Of a DNA stretch of 43,319 nucleotides, positions 41,645 through 43,319 are shown piece after piece. The DNA is from Leidyana gryllorum EB-2025a (taxonomy: Eukaryota; Protista; Apicomplexa). Positions within the stretch are counted from its first letter, which is position 1; each line of letters starts with the position of its first letter. The notes under the pieces are model-generated. The model did no database searches. It had not been told where the DNA came from and saw only the letters and a list, made by a program, of their open reading frames with translations. Made by a program: the position numbers and the translations under genes. Location of the stretch: positions 1-43,319 of the forward strand of contig JBLWGC010000221.1 in NCBI GenBank assembly GCA_048772705.1. The letters run 5' to 3'.

Positions 41645-43319
41645 CTAATCCTGATGACCTCCTCCCGCGGCAATCTCCACCAGTCCCCGGTACACCCCGC
41701 CTTCAATACCCATCAGCTGCTCATGTCGCCCGACTTCCACCACGCGAGATCCCTGCTGATCTTCGTTCACCAACACCACAATCTTATCAGCGTTCCGCAC
41801 AGTCGACAGTCTGTGAGCGATCACTATGGTGCTACGCTTATGCTTCTCAAGCAGCTCGTCCAGCGCGGCTTGCACTATCTTCTCGCTCTCGCTATCTAAA
41901 GCACTCGTCGCCTCATCCAGAATCAACAAGTCGGGATTGCGAATCAACGCCCGCGCTATGGCAATCCGCTGCTTCTGACCCCCACTCAGTCGACCTCCCA
42001 TCTTTCCGACATTCGTATCGTACCCCTCCGGGAAGTCGTTGATGAAATTGTGAGCATTCGCCATACGGCACGCCGCCATCACCTCCTCCAACGTAGCACC
42101 CCCTTCCTTACCCACAGCGATGTTCTCAGCCACGCTCTGACTGAACAAAACCGGCTCCTGGTTCACTAAACCGACCTTCCCTCTCAAAGATCGCACATTG
42201 ATGTCACGGATATCCAACCCATCAACCGTAATCTTACCGCCTCCAGCAGCTCGCAATCGCTCACCACCGCCATTCTCGTGGAATAAATCCAAAGCCCAGT
42301 CATCACTAACGTCGTAAAAACGCTCAATCAGCTGCACAGCCGTCGACTTCCCACATCCACTCGGCCCCACCAACGCCACAACCTCTCCTTGACGCAACGT
42401 GAAGCTCAGATCGTGGTAGATTGGCACATCTGGACGTTGAGGATATCGGAAATTCACATTCTCAAACTTCAACTCGCTCTGCAACCCCTCAATCGCACGA
42501 CCATCCATCGAACGAGCATCAATCTTCGGCTTCCGATTCTTTATAGCCCAAACGCGATTAGCCGCGCTTTGGGCAGAGGCACCGTCAACCGTGAATATCA
42601 CACTCTCACCCATACCCATACCCATCACAGCCCACATCAGCCCGAAAATCCCTCGCAACATCGTTTGCGATTCGATCTCTCCTTTCGTCACCAACCGCCC
42701 ACCGTACCAGAAAAAGAGCGCTTGGATAGCAAATTGCCCGAATTGAGTGAAACCCCACGCCAAACCAGCACCATACGCCTTCGTCTTCCCTTTCTTGAAC
42801 TCTCGCTCAACAATCGCATCGTATCGTCCACACGCGTGGTCCTCAAGCGAGTAAGCAGCAATGGTTCTGATGTTCACAATGGTCTCATTGATCACGAATC
42901 CCGTTGTCTCCACCGCTTTTAAACCTGACTTCTCCGTGTCGTTCCCATCGTCCGCGAAAAACTTAGCTTCCAATATCATCGCTGGCGCCAGCACCAAAGC
43001 TCCGGCCACACAAACTCCTGCTAGCTTCACTGACGCTGTAAATGCGATGATCAGGCCAGCCACTAGAGCACTGATATTTTGGACATAGATACCCAGATTT
43101 TCTCCCACCCATCCGCGGATTGAAACGACATCGGCGCTGAGAAGTTGACTCAGATTACCGGTGGCGTTCTCGGGATTATCAAAGAACTCCATGTCTTGAT
43201 ACATAATGTTCGAAAACGTGTGCTCGCGCAATTCGCGAGTCAAGCGTGTGCCGGCATATCCGAAGAGGAAATGCTGCAAAAATACGGCCAGGCCGACACC
43301 GCCCGCGAAAACCAGAAAG
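41645..43319 (-). CDS. MDR1: ABCB1/MDR1-type P-glycoprotein, TMD2-NBD2 (5' part outside window)
   Basis: GPSGCGKST, VNQEPVLF, LSGGQKQRIAIARA, DEATSALD, AHRLST; insertion after ERFYD. Confidence 0.93.
   Translation of the reverse strand, partial: FLVFAGGVGLAVFLQHFLFGYAGTRLTRELREHTFSNIMYQDMEFFDNPENATGNLSQLLSADVVSIRGWVGENLGIYVQNISALVAGLIIAFTASVKLAGVCVAGALVLAPAMILEAKFFADDGNDTEKSGLKAVETTGFVINETIVNIRTIAAYSLEDHACGRYDAIVEREFKKGKTKAYGAGLAWGFTQFGQFAIQALFFWYGGRLVTKGEIESQTMLRGIFGLMWAVMGMGMGESVIFTVDGASAQSAANRVWAIKNRKPKIDARSMDGRAIEGLQSELKFENVNFRYPQRPDVPIYHDLSFTLRQGEVVALVGPSGCGKSTAVQLIERFYDVSDDWALDLFHENGGGERLRAAGGGKITVDGLDIRDINVRSLRGKVGLVNQEPVLFSQSVAENIAVGKEGGATLEEVMAACRMANAHNFINDFPEGYDTNVGKMGGRLSGGQKQRIAIARALIRNPDLLILDEATSALDSESEKIVQAALDELLEKHKRSTIVIAHRLSTVRNADKIVVLVNEDQQGSRVVEVGRHEQLMGIEGGVYRGLVEIAAGGGHQD

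Overview
Gene-dense eukaryotic DNA with short (~40-60 nt) GT-AG introns and CA/GT microsatellites. Gene content (multi-TM class I PDEs, p25alpha/TPPP, MDR1-type ABCB with an NBD insertion, integrin-beta-like VWA protein) points to an alveolate, most plausibly a gregarine-like apicomplexan (inference). 1-27.7 kb is a very compact block: a secreted integrin-beta VWA + FAD/BBE-oxidase fusion (missing from the ORF track, runs off the left edge), succinyl-CoA ligase beta, C2 protein, GPI-type surface protein, cytochrome b5, TPPP, Ubc6, two tandem PDEs, CutC-like, thioredoxin-like, CS-domain, Ctf8-like, an SLC6/NSS transporter that after splicing carries two EGF repeats, and ALKBH1. Many neighbours are only 0-28 nt apart, even head-to-head. 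27.8-28.7 kb is a snoRNA cluster. 28.9-41.6 kb is a co-oriented, apparently intronless array of eight divergent paralogs of an unrecognised protein family with an internally duplicated motif, including pseudogenes. The window ends in the 3' half of an ABCB1/MDR1 gene. All gene models and motif matches were made by eye; no database searches were run.
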